A stretch of DNA of 64,000 nucleotides from Takakia lepidozioides (taxonomy: Eukaryota > Plantae > Bryophyta): contig CM060731.1 of the NCBI GenBank assembly GCA_030704615.1, positions 4,650,001 through 4,714,000 of the forward strand, read 5' to 3'. The notes beneath the pieces are model-generated. The model searched no databases. It worked only from the letters and a program-made list of their open reading frames with translations, and had not been told where the DNA came from. Positions 36,100-49,353 of the stretch are shown in pieces (within the stretch, counting starts at the first letter, position 1; every line of letters begins with the position of its first letter). The translations under genes were made by a program, and so were the position numbers.

Positions 36100-37610
36100 C
36101 AAATTGACCAATCAAAAATATTTTTCTCGAATAAGTTGTAACGCAGTTTACAATTGTAGTTTCTGGCATGCACCAGCTGTGATGCAACTATGTTAGTCAT
36201 GGCAGTAGTTACCAGCCTTTGCCTCTTGGCAACCACAAATGTTTCCCAATCCAGAGGCTCAAAGATAAAAGCAACAAGAGGTAGATCATGTATTAATATC
36301 CTTGTAAGCCTGCCATACAATAACTCAACTGGTGAGTGTTCCGTACTAGAATGAACAGAGGTACAATAAGCAAAAACGAGGATAGGTAAAGAGGTGTCAT
36401 ATTCTCCAAGTAGTGTCCCGCTTTTCTCCAACATGACACACATTGTCTTGTTGAATCTCTCTGTCAAGCCATTATACTGAGGATGATATGGAGCGGTCGT
36501 ACGATGCTTCACTCCTATATTGAAACACACAATTTGCATTAGTTGATTGCAAAATTATGTCCTCTTGTTAGTCAGACCAAAGAGCTGACGATGAGTCTTA
36601 AGAGCTTTTAGAGGCAGATGATCAGTTTCTCCTGTAAAGAAACAACCATGCAAAATACTGCCTAAAGTGCATGCCATCTTTATCAGTGATGCTATAATTT
36701 ACGCTCAAGCTTATTTAATGGTTGAGGCATTATAAACAACCACATGTTCTCTTCCCTCTTTCTTCTGACTGAGAATTGCAGAAATAGCAAAGGTCACTTA
36801 TATCCGTTTGAAGCATAAATGAAATCAATATATATAAGCACGGGGAAATGGTCAAGGCTAGTTTTAATTTTTCAAAGGCCTAAGCTTCTGCATGTCCCCG
36901 ATGAAACCCAATATTTTGCATAGCAACTGAAACAAATGACCTGCCATTTTAGGAAAAAGATGAATGAAACGTCTATAATACGAGGCAAGACCTAAAAAGA
37001 CATGAATACAATGCTTATTTTGGGAATATGGGCTCCCAAACTGCTTGGACTGTTGACATGTTATGCTTGATACCTTGCCCACACAAGATATGACCAAGAA
37101 ACCTCAACTCAGTCATGCATACATCACATTTATTAGCTTTGATCTTCAGACCAGCTGCTTTAAGTCTGCATAATACTTTATGGCGCAAATCCAGCAAGTG
37201 AGAAGCAAAATCTGAGGAATAGACATTGATGTCATCTTCATAAACTAATGCACGTTCCCACATTTAGTTGTCAAACAACACATCCATCAATCGTTGGAAA
37301 GTAGCAATACCATTGCGTATACCAAAAGACATAGTTCCGTATTGAAACATACCACATGTACAAGTAAATGCTGTCTTTTCTTTGGATTCTTCGGTCAAGG
37401 GCACTTGCCAAAAACCAGCAGCCAGATCTAGGCATGAGAAAATGGTGGCCACCTTTAAGCTGATCTAGAATCTCATGTACGCATGGTAAGCGATAATCGT
37501 CATTTTTAGTCATAACATTCAAACGTCTAAAGTCCACATATAACCGGGTAGAGCCATCTTTCTTGGCAATAAGCACAATGGGACTGACCCATGCATATTG
37601 CTTCATAGGT
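36100..37610 (-). pseudogene. Decayed Ty3/Gypsy pol (RT, RNase H, integrase)
   Basis: RT: WVSPIVLIAKKDGSTRLYVDFRRLN, FSCLDLAAGFWQVPL..KTAF, YEDDINVYS, FLGLASYYRRFI. Integrase: TTAPYHPQYNGLTERFNKT. Many frameshifts. Confidence 0.9.
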
Positions 37611-38139
37611 TTATTTCATCCAAAAGTTGGTCCCAATTCCAAATGTCTTTCATTCAAAATTGGTCCCATGGATCACCATTTGTATAGTCTGTGCCTCAGG
37701 GCAGAAGCTAGAAAACACCATCCCCGCGTAAGCCTTCCACTCATTCCCCCCATCCCTCTCTATATGGCCTACCCCTAAAAAGGGGCGGTAACCTCTAGAC
37801 GAAGTGGTTGTTAATTACGCCAGCTTCGACCGATATTCTCTCTATCTTTTTCTTCATCCTGAAGGATTATTGCCTCCAATTGGAAGTGGACACTTTGAAC
37901 CCTAGATCACTCAGGTTATGCACAAGCAAGACACGATCACCAAATCACTCGACTATTTGCTTGTGTATGAGTTAGTAAGAGTATTTTGCAACCTAAACTT
38001 AGAGATTTCCCCAATTTCATTTGCATATGAAATTCAGGTTAATAGGTGATGTTGTAGGTTACCTAAATCAGACAGACGTAGTACTAAAGCTCCTCAATGG
38101 TGTGTGTTGTTTTTCAGAAAATTAAATTAAATTAATTTT

Positions 38140-38380
38140 TTTATAAAAGAAAAATCTGGGAGCGACAGCTCACAAATCAGGCCCTTTAATTATAGTGATA
38201 GAACAAAATAACCTCTTTAACAATAACCTCGCCATGAAAGCTTGCTGATGGGACATTGCCCAAAGGAAGGGGGAGAATAACATACCACACCCAACAATAT
38301 AGCAAGATTTGGACATCCAAGTTGTAGCCCAGTGGTAATCGGAATACACCATAGTGGAACGGCAGATTACGCACAATTTC
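38140..38380 (-). mobile_element. SINE-like copy, same family as 23270-23551
   Basis: The reverse complement shares GGTATG..TTCTCCCCC..CC.TTGGGC..CCCAT and TCACTATAATTAAAGGGCCTGATTTGTGAGCTGTCGCTCCCAG. Confidence 0.6.
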
Positions 38381-38692
38381 TTTTGTTTTAAAAATACTTA
38401 AACAAATCTGTGATTTTTCAATACACGGCGTCTCCGCATGCATGCTAGGAACACTGAACTGCTTTCCTGCCTTCTTCTCACTGTCAGCAATGTCTACGCC
38501 TGGGCGAATGAAATTCTAAGCCCCCTTCATGTTCTTATCTGGCCAAAGACAATTCAGACCGATGACATCTTCCAACATTGTTTGCGGTGGGACCTCTTCC
38601 TCGTTATGGTGAGGCAAGACACAATTGACAATAAAGATATCATTCATCTAAACCCGTCACAATCCTTCAGGTATAACATGGCAATGATATAA

Positions 38693-40380
38693 CTTGATCA
38701 CACTAGTTGTTAGAAATGTGTCAAGCCATAGCACACCACAATTGGAACAATTGGCAAGAACATCGGCCCATTTGAATACCTAAACGTCCGAAAACTTGAA
38801 CAACAAGTGCAGATCTGTTGGGGGCCTGACCACAATCCCTTAAATCTCTGGAGGCCATAATATCTTGATCACACTAGTTGTGAGAAATTCTCCAAGCCAT
38901 AGCACACCACAATTGGAGCAATTGCCAAGGAGATAGGCCCATCTGAATAGTTGAAAGTCTGAAGACTTGAACTACAAGTGCAGATCTGTTGGGGGCCAGA
39001 CCACAACATCTTAAAAACATTCATAGCTCAGGAGGCTACCATACCTTGATCACACTAGTTGTCAGAAATGTTTCAAGCCATAGCACATCACAATTGGAGC
39101 AATTGGCAAAGAGATAGGCCTATCTGAGTACTTGAACGTCCGGAAACTTGAACAACAAGTGCAGATCTGTTGGGGGCCAGACCACAACCCCTTAAGAAAA
39201 TTCAGAGCTCAGGAGGCCACCATAGCTTGATCACATTAGTTGTTAGAAATGTTTCAAGCCATAACATACCACAATTGGAGCAATTGGCAAGGAGATAGGC
39301 CCATCTAAGTACCTGAACGTCCGGAAACTTGAACAACAAGTGCAGATTTATTGGGGGCCAGACCACAACCCCTTAATAAGATTCAGAGCTCTAGAGGCCA
39401 CCATAGCTTAATCACATTAGTTGTTAGAAATGTTTCAAGCCATAGCACACCACAATTGGAGCAATTGCCAAGGAGATGGGCCCATCTGAGTACCTGAACG
39501 TCCAGAATCTTGAACTACAAGTGCAGATCTGTTGGGGGCCAGACCAAAACCCCTTAAGAAAATTCACGGCTCAGGAGGCCACCATAACTTGATTACACTA
39601 GTTGTTAGAAATGTTTCAAACTATAGTACACCACAATTGGATCAATTTCCAAGGAGATAGGCCCATCTGAGTACCTGAACGTCCCGAAACTTGAACTACA
39701 AGTGCAGATCTGTTGGGGGCCAGACCACAACCCCTCAGAGCTCAGGAGGCTACCATACCTTGATCAGACTAGTTGTTAGAAATGTTTCAAGCCATAGCGC
39801 ACCACAACTGGAGCAATTGCCAATGAGATAGGCCCATCTGAGTACTTGAACGTCCGGAAACTTGAATAACAAGTGCAGATTTGTTGGGGGCCAGACCACA
39901 ACCCCTTAATAAGATTCAGAGCTCTAGAGGCCACCATACCTTGATCACACTAGTTGTTAGAAATGTTTCAAGCCATAGCACACCACAAATAGAGCAATTG
40001 GCGAGAAGAGATGCCTATTTGAGTACCTGAACGTCCGGAAACTTGAACAACAAGTGCAGATCTAGTGGGGGCCAGACCACAACCCCTTAAGAAATTCCAA
40101 AGCTCTGAAGGCCACCATATATTGATCATACTAGTTTTTAGAAATGTGCCAAGCCATGGCACACCACAAATAGAGGAATTGGCAAGAAGATATGTCCATC
40201 AAAGTAGCTGAATGTCTGGAAACTTGAACAACAAGTGCAGCTATACTAGGGGCCAGACCACAACCCCTTAAAAATCTTTATGGCTCTGAAGGCTAGCATA
40301 TCTTCATCACCCTACTTGCTACAAATCTACCAAGCCATAGCACACCCAAATTGGAGAAATTGGCATGAAGATAGGGCACA
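38693..40380. repeat. Tandem array, ~181-bp unit, ~9.5 copies
   Basis: Units begin CTTGATCACACTAGTTGTTAGAAATG at ~38693, 38864, 39045, 39226, 39407, 39588, 39759, 39940, 40121 and 40302. Confidence 0.95.
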
Positions 40381-41789
40381 ACAGAAATGAATGTGACTTG
40401 GTCTAGCTTCACCCCCTGCTAATGTGCATTTGCTCACAGGTCTCCAAAGCCTCCATCCCCCATATCCATGTTGTGCATGCCCTCCAATCATAGCACTTCA
40501 GAACACCACATCTCATTTGCCCATCAAACACTTCTTTTTGCATCCACAGTGCTCCCACATGTGGTATACATATCAACAAGGGTATTGTTCAGAATGACAT
40601 CTGGTACTATTCCAGCCTTGACGATGTCACCATGGACCTCTTTTCCCTTCATGAATATATAAATGGCTGAGCCCTAGAATACAACTTCATGGCAATGGTG
40701 CCCCTAAAGAACCGGCAACAGAAAACCCAAGCCTCGAGCGACCTACTACAACAAAAGCATGAGAAATGAAGAGGGTGGGAGCGAGATTGATGTAGAGTTG
40801 GAGAGCGCTTGGGCATGGACTAAGGAGAAGCAGACAATGTGAAAGAAAGATGGGGTAGAGAGAAGGGTGGAGAGGACGATATTGCGGGCTGTATAAAAAA
40901 GCCAAGAAGCTGTCGAGCTTCAACCATCCCCGCATCGATTGCGCGCATGTCTCCAAAACTGTCGAGCTCAACCCTCCCCGCATCGCTTGAGCGCAGGTGG
41001 TCTCCAAGGCTTCCATCTCGGACCCTAGCTATGCACCTGCAAATCATCCCATGACACAAACAAAGAAAAACGACCAAATCCAAGACTCATCGTTCAACAC
41101 ACAACCCCGCAACCCTAAATCCAATTTGAATTATTTTGAACTTTTATTGGATAGTACACTTTTGGTTACCCCAGTGGTTTGGGGCTCAAATCCTGCTACG
41201 TCCTTTTTATATGTGGTACGGTATGTGAATTTCACTTTATTGTAATGAGTACAATGTTACCTTTTATATGAAGTGGTAGTAGAAATCGATAAAGGCAGGC
41301 CAAAATGAACTAATTAATACGACCAAATTTAAATTATGTAATGCATGTTTGGCAATATCCGGGTCATATGAAACATATTTGACGTAGTTTTTGGGGGGAC
41401 AGCTTCAGGGCTTACAATGCTACCCACCTATACCTCATTTTTAGGCTCTTGCAAAAAGTCTATAGATTTTTGTAAAATATCTTATATTATCTATTTTTTA
41501 AAATAAAAAAATAAAGGGAAACACCTAGGAGCTACAGCTCACAAATCAGGCTTATTTACTAGATGTGACATATAAAAATTTGAATGAAATGTAAACAACT
41601 ATTCTCAAGCCTTGTAGTGAGTTCAATTATTTGAAAATTTTGTATTTTTGGAACTGGCTTAATTTATTTTCATTTTAAAATTCATCGTTGAAATTTAGAC
41701 ATTGGAGAAAATGCAAATTTTGATAGTCTACGGGCATCCTCTACCTTATCACATCAGCCCATACCTAGGTCATTATATGGTGCCATGGC

Positions 41790-43008
41790 TCTAAGTGGAG
41801 AAGAGCTGGCTATGTTGGCTACCATATTTCAAGCTAGTTTCGTATGACCAAACATTGTTCCAGTTGAGGAAAGTGCTTCAGAGAATGAATACTGTGATTC
41901 AGATTCAGAATAAAGTTGATTGTTTGGAACCATCTGTTCAATAGCATCATCCTACAATGATTTGGACACTTGTATGTTTTTTAAAGTCTGCCACAGGTGC
42001 ACAAACCACTTAAACATTTTCGTATATCACCACAAGAGTGGTACCAGTCACTGAGATATCTTTAACCACTCACAATCTACCACCGTCCAAGTGATACCAA
42101 TCACTGCGCTGTCTTTAACCACTCACTATGTATCACTGTCCAAGTGGCACTAATCACTGATGTGTCTTTAACCATATAACATTCTAGAACTAACATGAGA
42201 GACTGAAGACCTGGCTATGTTGGCTACCTGCATTCAAACGACATTTGTACAACCAACCGTTATTTCAGTTGAGGAAAGTGATTCAAAGGGTGACGAATAT
42301 GTTTCGGATTCAAAATAAAGTTTATTGTTGGAACCATTTGTTCAATAGCATCATCATACAATGGTCTGGACATTTGTCTGTTTTTCAAAGTCTGTCACAG
42401 GTGCACAAACCACTTAAAGTTTTTCATATATTACCACAAAAGTGGTACCAATCACTGTTGTGTAGGCAATTACTATGAGCAACCACTAGAATAGTGGTTC
42501 CAATTACTGCAGTGTCTTTCACCACCCACTCTCTACCACTGTCAAAGTGGTACAAATCAATGAGGTGTCTTTAACCACTCAAGATCAACGTGCACTGTCC
42601 CCGTCCACGTTGAATATTATATTTTAATTAATTAAAATATATTTTCAAATCATAAATCATAAATCATAAATAAAATTTGAATTATTACACGTGGAGTAGC
42701 AAGTGGTTTCAACCACTTCCCATCACTGAGGTGTCTATAACCACTCACAATATACCACTGCACCCGTCCACATGGAATATTATATTTATTAACTAAAATA
42801 TATTACCAAATAAAAAATAAAAAATAAAAACAAATTATTACACGTGGACTACTGAGTGGTTGAAACCACTTCCAACCACTGTCTTGTGATGCCACCGTGG
42901 CATTTCATCGGGATTAACCACTGGCAAGTGGTTACTAGTGGTTTATAGAGTGGAAAAACACAGTATTGGTTAAAGGGCTAGTGGTTATTCCACGTTTTCC
43001 TTCTAGTG
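41790..43008. mobile_element. One end of a CACTA element (TIR plus ACCACT/AGTGGT subterminal repeats); other end not found
   Basis: Ends ...CCACGTTTTCCTTCTAGTG at 43008 (reverse complement CACTAGAAGG). Dense AACCACT motifs at 42000-42990 and a ~300-bp internal duplication (41805 vs 42210). Abuts the pogo-like DDE gene mid-domain. Confidence 0.75.
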
Positions 43009-44022
43009 AAATAATCTGAAGTGGTAACATGATCCCATCAACACTCGATGAAATACACACAATAACTGCTCTCTTGTCCTCAACTCAACATCTTTTCTTT
43101 CTTTCTTTTCCCATGTCTTTTCACCCGCCATGGGCACCAAGTAGATGGCAGTCTGATCAGTGTTCACAAGCAAAGACGGAGGAATATTATAATACTTGAC
43201 CAAATAACAATGCGATACGCCATCCGTGTACCTTGTAATTCCCAGTCATTTAGAAGCTTTTCATGTGTTGTACTCGGTGTCCGGTAGCTCCAATTCAATT
43301 GTTCATGCATAAACCGACGGGTCCAACGTAAGCTGACCTTCAACTTTGTTAAAATCCCAGGTGTCTTCACTGTCAAATAGGCCAAAATGATGGGTTGTAC
43401 AATACCTGCATTAAAGCATTGTCCAGAAGCTCGTATCAAGGAGTAACTTGCATAAACCATCCAATGTAACTTTGTCTATGTCAATGCCACTGATTTCTCA
43501 TGTTGTGGGTTAGGCTTGGAAAAAGAATGGCCTTCAATCATTCTATGAACATGAGGTTTCAAAACTAATGAGGTTGTAAACCAATTAAAAAGTGTATCAT
43601 GAGTCAATGAGTCATAAGGGCTTGTCATTGTCCAGGCCTTCTGTACGCAAGTTGCAGGTGCTTCACCACGGAATTAATATTCTTCGGCCGCTTCATGACA
43701 ACCTCAATGGGTGGCCAAGGTCATTTGAGAACCAATTTGTATACTGTACTCGACATATGCATTTGCCACGTGAGCCAGAACCTTTCTCCATATCAAATTC
43801 ATTCTCCAGATTTTACTAAGGAATAACTGGGGGCAATAAACTTGATATAACATTGATTTTTCGAGGACGTCCAACGGGGCGCTTGGAAATGAGCTTCTTC
43901 TCTACTGGCAGAGATCCAATAGCCTCCACCCCCTTCTGAATTTGTGCAAAGTGTTCCATTGTACCGACATTTAAAAAGTAAGTGGACAGAAGCCTGTTCT
44001 CAACCACTGTGTCTACATTCAT
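43009..44022 (-). pseudogene. pogo/CENP-B-like (DDE_1) transposase, truncated
   Basis: AT-hook-like KRPVGRPRK, CENP-B HTH-like VSLRWTRRFMHEQLNWSYR, and DDE_1 LLVNTDQTAIYLVP..KTWEKK...LPLQII, which is cut at the CACTA end. Confidence 0.8.
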
Positions 44023-44458
44023 ACAAGTTTAAATCAAATGAGTAGCCTCCAGGGTTAACAAAGTGAGAGAAATACCTAATCAAGTACCTTGGCCATTAAG
44101 GCAGGTCCCTCCCATCAATCAGAGTACTTAGGTCAAAAGTATTGATGGCTAATCAAGCCTCAAGCCAGCATGTTGAACCTTAAGCTTACACAATGAACCA
44201 AGTAACCTTGTTTGATCCATGTTCTGGCACCAACCAAGAAAACCTCAATAATCCCACAATTGAAGCTATGAATGATAACTACTAAGTGTCAACGCAAGTA
44301 CCACAACTGCATTAGAACGTACGGGTGCAAGTTTTTGCTTTGATACAAAATCAAGTACTAAGCAGAGGATTTCCTAAGCAAGGTAAGTACTGACATACAC
44401 AATCATTCTTACAAATTAAGGTGATGAATTGAAAACTAAATAAGCAAGAGTAGGTATG

Positions 44459-45063
44459 TGTCAAGGACGAGAACATGGCTGAACACAAACAAGAGACCAG
44501 ACTAGAGGTACACGACTAGACAAGAAGTCAAGGTCGGCGTGGCCGAATGCATGATGGATAAACATGAATCAAGATGATCTTTATAACAATGGACAAGAGT
44601 ACAAGATACTCGAACTCGATTTGAATACTGGAATGCTGGAAACTTGGACTAGAGTGCCAGATACTGGAAACTGGGCTAGAATATTGGAAGCTGAATTGGA
44701 GTACCGGGACTGGAAACAAGAGTAGCTTGAACTTGTGTTGGCGAGACTGAAGAGTGTCCAGTCTCGCCTCCTATATATACTGGCTACTAAGAAGTTCCCT
44801 AAGAAGCTTCTCCTATAGAGGTTTCTTGATGGAGAAGTTTTCTTAACCAACGAAAGTATCTCGATGGAGAAGTTTCCTCCAAATGAAGCTTCCTGAGCAG
44901 TTTCCCAATTTACTCTCGGTAATTTGATAAACTCCCGGTAACTTGGTAACTTATGGTAACTTATGGTAGATCATAATAAATCATAGTAACTTTTGATAAC
45001 ATGGTTACTTGATAACTTCTGGTATTTACTCCTAGTAAGTTCATCAGGGCTATGTCCGTGACA
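44459..45063 (-). repeat. 3' LTR
   Basis: TG...CA, 605 bp, adjacent to the PPT. Confidence 0.95.
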
Positions 45064-45069
45064 TCACCC

Positions 45070-45583
45070 CCTCCTCTAGCGCCGAGTTCATCGAAGAGCG
45101 GTAAAATCTTGGATTTGCTTAGAGTTGGAGAAAATCCAAAATCCGGCAAATGATACTTGCAAAGTATTCGGCTCTTCGTTCTTGACTCAAATGATTTACA
45201 GGTCCCTGTAACCATCGATAGTGTCCAACACCTTGAACTTGGGACCACGCAGTAATTTGAGCATTCTGATTTTCGAAGCTGCATTCAAACATGATTTCGT
45301 TGCCCTCTGGGTCTGAAACCTCAACCTCCAAACGAATTATCAGATTTCGAGTAGGCTCCACTTACCGTCGTACGGGGTCCAGACGAGGAAGTACGCGTCG
45401 CATTGGTGGCCTATCGTCTCGAGAGCGTCGGCGTGAATTTGAAGGTCGTAAGAGTCGGAACGGCTGATCTGGTAGTTGGGTAAGCGACAGCTCTAATGTA
45501 TCTGGTTCATATGACTCCATGCTGCCAATACAAGATGCAAGAGTGCTGGAAGTGTAGCTATATATACTGATTAAGGTGTTCAT
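45070..45583 (-). CDS. Extra ORF between chromodomain and PPT, unknown function (in-frame stops)
   Basis: ORFs 45583-45362 and 45361-45119 are in the same frame, separated by one stop; the frame continues past a second stop toward the PPT. Confidence 0.45.
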
Positions 45584-45679
45584 CTCTCCTTAGCGTGTAT
45601 CAGGTACATTGAATGTGGAGTCTTCACCTTGAAGCTAACTTGGCTGACATCATCGTTGTGACGTCTTATTGACGTGTAG

Positions 45680-48600
45680 CTCGGGGCTTAGCTGGATATC
45701 GTTGATGAAACTCTTGGACTTTGTCATATGCATTGGCGAAGTTGGATGAAGGTTCTCACGTTCGTTCGCTGATGTCGTAGTCTTTCCAATGTACGAAATA
45801 CTCAAGACATTTATACTTGATGCGAGAGTCTAGGATATCGTCGACTTCATACTCAATTTCCTGATTGACTTCGATTGGTGAAGGTGTACGGAGACTCTCC
45901 CTAGAATATTTGATGGATGATACAACTCTAATAATGAAACATGAAAGACTGGATGGATGCGCATACTTCGTGGGAGGTCAAGCTGAAAACTGACTGGATT
46001 TATTTGTCGAATAATTTTGAATGGTCCCAGGCGTTGATAATCCAACTTCCTTGATGGACGCGAGGTTTGTATGTCACGTCGAAGAAGCCACACACGATCT
46101 CCGACCTTCAACTAGGGTTGGAGTTGGCGATGTTGATCTGCATACTCCTTGTATTGTTTTTGAGCTTCTGCGAGGTGGAATGTAAGTTCCTTGTGAATCG
46201 TAGCAAAATGAGTAGCAAGGTTTTCTGCAGCAGGGCTTCCAACAGTCTTCATGTGGAAATGGTTTGCTCGAAGATGATGACCATAATTGGAGAAAAATGG
46301 AGTTTGCTTCGTCAAAGAATGTATAGTGTTGTTGTAGGCAAACTCAGCCAATGAGAGAAGGTCTGTCCAATTATCTTGGTGATAATTTATTGTACAGCCA
46401 AGACTCTGTTCCAAAATCTGGTTTACACGTTCGGTTTGACCATCAGACTGTGGATGATTAGTTGTAGAGAGGTCAATATTAATATCCAAAATGTGAAATA
46501 ACCCCCTTCAGAAATTTGATATGAACTGTGGTCCTCGATCAGATACGATGTCCTTCAGGAGTCCATGAATGCGGTAGATATTTTTGAGGAAGAGTCCTGC
46601 AGTTTCCTTGCCGGTAACCATCTTGTTACATGGAATGAAATGTGTCATCTTCGTAAAACAATCTACAATAACAAGGATTGAATCGGTGATATTGGAAATT
46701 GGAAGGTCTGTAATAAAGTCCATAGACACGGACGACCATGGACCCTTGGGAATGGGTAATGGTTGAAGAAGGCCGTAAGGTCGATGTCGTGGTCCCTTTG
46801 CTCTAGCACACGTGTCGCAAGATTTTATAAATTCTTTCACGAGTTTTCATATTTGCGGCCACCAATAGTCCCTGGATATCAATTCCATTGTTTTGTTGAA
46901 GCCGAAATGTCCTACAGCCGGAAGATCATGACATGTTTGAAGAATTCGAAATCGTGTAGGTCCTGGAGATACATAGAAAAGTCCCTTGAAATAAAGTAAG
47001 TCATCTTTGAATTCGAAGTCATTTGTAACATATAGGTGGTCTCGAGGTCGATTTAGTTGACTTCGTAGTGTCGTAGCAAATTGGTCGCTCTTCAGTGCTT
47101 TCTGAATCTCTTTTATGATCTTTGCATCGTCATAGGTGGACATGGATAACATATTCAATTGAAGATTTGCTGGTTTCAAGATGATGGAATTCTATTGGTC
47201 GAAAACTGCCTCCTTTTTTTTCGGCGCAAGATACGATCGTCGAGAAAGAGCATCGGGTTTCCCTTGAAGATGTCCGGGGCGATAGGTAATAACAAAGTTA
47301 AACCTTGTTAGTGACATACCCTATCTGGCTTGACGTCGATTCAAAACACGAGCACTCATAAAATATTCGAGGTTTTTGTGATCGGTATAGACAGTGACCT
47401 GATGTTTAGTTCCCTCCAGTAGATGACGTCACTCCTCAAAAGCATCGATGATCGCTAGAAGTTATTTGTCATGGATTTCATAATTGATCTCTGCAGCGGA
47501 AAATTTGCGAGAACGAAAACCAACAGGGTGAAGTCGGCCATCCGCACCGTATTGAGAGAGTATAACGCCAAGTACAAAGTCCGATGCATCTGCTTCGAAG
47601 AAGAATGGTTTAGATGGGTCTGCATGTATCAGTATTGGAGCCGTTGTAAATGTCTGCTTCAGCCTTTCAAAAGTCTGGTCAGCCTTCTCGTCCCATACAA
47701 ATTTGTCCTTCCCTGTGAGTCATGTCAATGGTGCAGCAATTTTGGAGTAGTCCTTGATGAAGATTTTATAGAAATTTGCAAATCCCAGAAAACATTGTAT
47801 ATCTCGAACCGAAGTTGGTTTAATCCACTCGATGATGGTTTGTATTTTTCTTCTGATCCATAAAGACGCATTTGTCGGAAATAATACAGCTGAAATTCGA
47901 CCTCAGATTGATGGAAAAGACATTTTTCCAACTTGGCATATAGTCATCTTTTTCTTAATTTGTTAAAGACAAGGCGTATATGGCGGCCATGTTCTTCTTC
48001 ATTCTGTGAAAATATCAAAATGTCGTCCAAATAGATGACTACAAAGTCATCTAAAAATTCTCGAAAGATGTCATTCATCATATGTTGGAAAATTGCTGGA
48101 GCATTTGTAAGACCGAAAGGCATAACACTGTATTCAAAATATCCATACCTTGTTGGTTTTCCATTCGTCTCCTTCTTTTATCCATACAAAGTTATAAGCT
48201 CATTTCAAGTCAATTTTGGTGAAAATCTTCGTTCGTCCCAGCTGGTCGAGAAGCCCAGAAATCAGCGGCAACGGATAACGATTCTTAATTGTGCTTTTGT
48301 TGAGACCGCGATAGTCTACACACATGCGTAATGATCCGTCCTTCTTTTTCACAAACAAGATAGGCGCCCCTGCAGGTGATTTTGAATGTCGGATGAAGTG
48401 TTTCGACAAATTTTCATCAATGTATTCACGTAATGCAGCCAACTCCGTCTGGGATAAGTTATAGATCGGGCCGAATGGTGGTTGGGCTTCTTCTTGTAAC
48501 TCAATTGCACAATCATAAGGTCGATGTTCTGGCAATATGTCTGCATTTTTCTTCTCGAAGACATCCTTGAAATCTTGATATTGAGTGGGTAATGTTGAAG

Positions 48601-49294
48601 TACATTTGTCTGTTGTGGTCTTGATCGGAGTCGCATAAAGTGTAAATGCCGCATCTTTTTTTGTAGCTCTCATGAAAGCTCTAGCTCCAAGGAACATGGG
48701 TTAAATACCTTTGATATTTCTACATTTTTGTCTTGCAGAAATTTTTCGCGATCGCTAGTCGATGTTGGACGTGCTCTTTGTCAAAGATTTCGCATCTTTG
48801 TCTCTACAACTCTCTCTCTATTATTCTCTCCAAATGTTGCAGTGAACTCGGACATGAACGCTTCAAAATTGTATAGTAAATGCGATTTTTTTTTTAATAG
48901 CGGTGCAAACCAAGATAGGGTAGTGCCTGATAGAAGGGTGCCCACGAATCCCACTTGAATACCTTCATCGGGGTAGCATTGTGGATATAGTCGTAGGAAC
49001 AATCGTACTTGTTGAACAAAACCGCGAAATCTTGATCTCGTTCCATCAAATTTCTCGGGCATGCTGATCTTTGGTTCTCTCGTAATCTGTTGAAGATGAA
49101 CCGTTGCAGTAGGAACTGTTGCAGTAGGGACTCGTATGGTTGAATCCATTGTTCGACTCCTTTAACTCTGAAATTTGTTGTTGCAAATTGTGGAGAGAGT
49201 TGCCAAGATCTTGAGACTGATCAGCTTGCAATTGGGCGGTAGAGGTACGAAGTTCTTGCATCTGGAGCTGAAGACTTCGCAATGTGACGACCAT
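45680..49294 (-). pseudogene. gag-pol with chromodomain (frameshifted)
   Basis: gag: EPKISMPEKFDGTRSRFRGF. RT: [31 protein letters not shown]. Integrase: [49 protein letters not shown]. Chromodomain: [21 protein letters not shown]. Confidence 0.9.
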
Positions 49295-49353
49295 TTTCGC
49301 AAATGTGTCTTCTATCTTAACTAACTAAGGAACAAACTTTAGTCTCGTCAAAC

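Noticed and set aside
38693-40380. Coding repeat such as LRR
   Set aside because: The 181-bp unit is not a multiple of three and the frames I translated contain stops.
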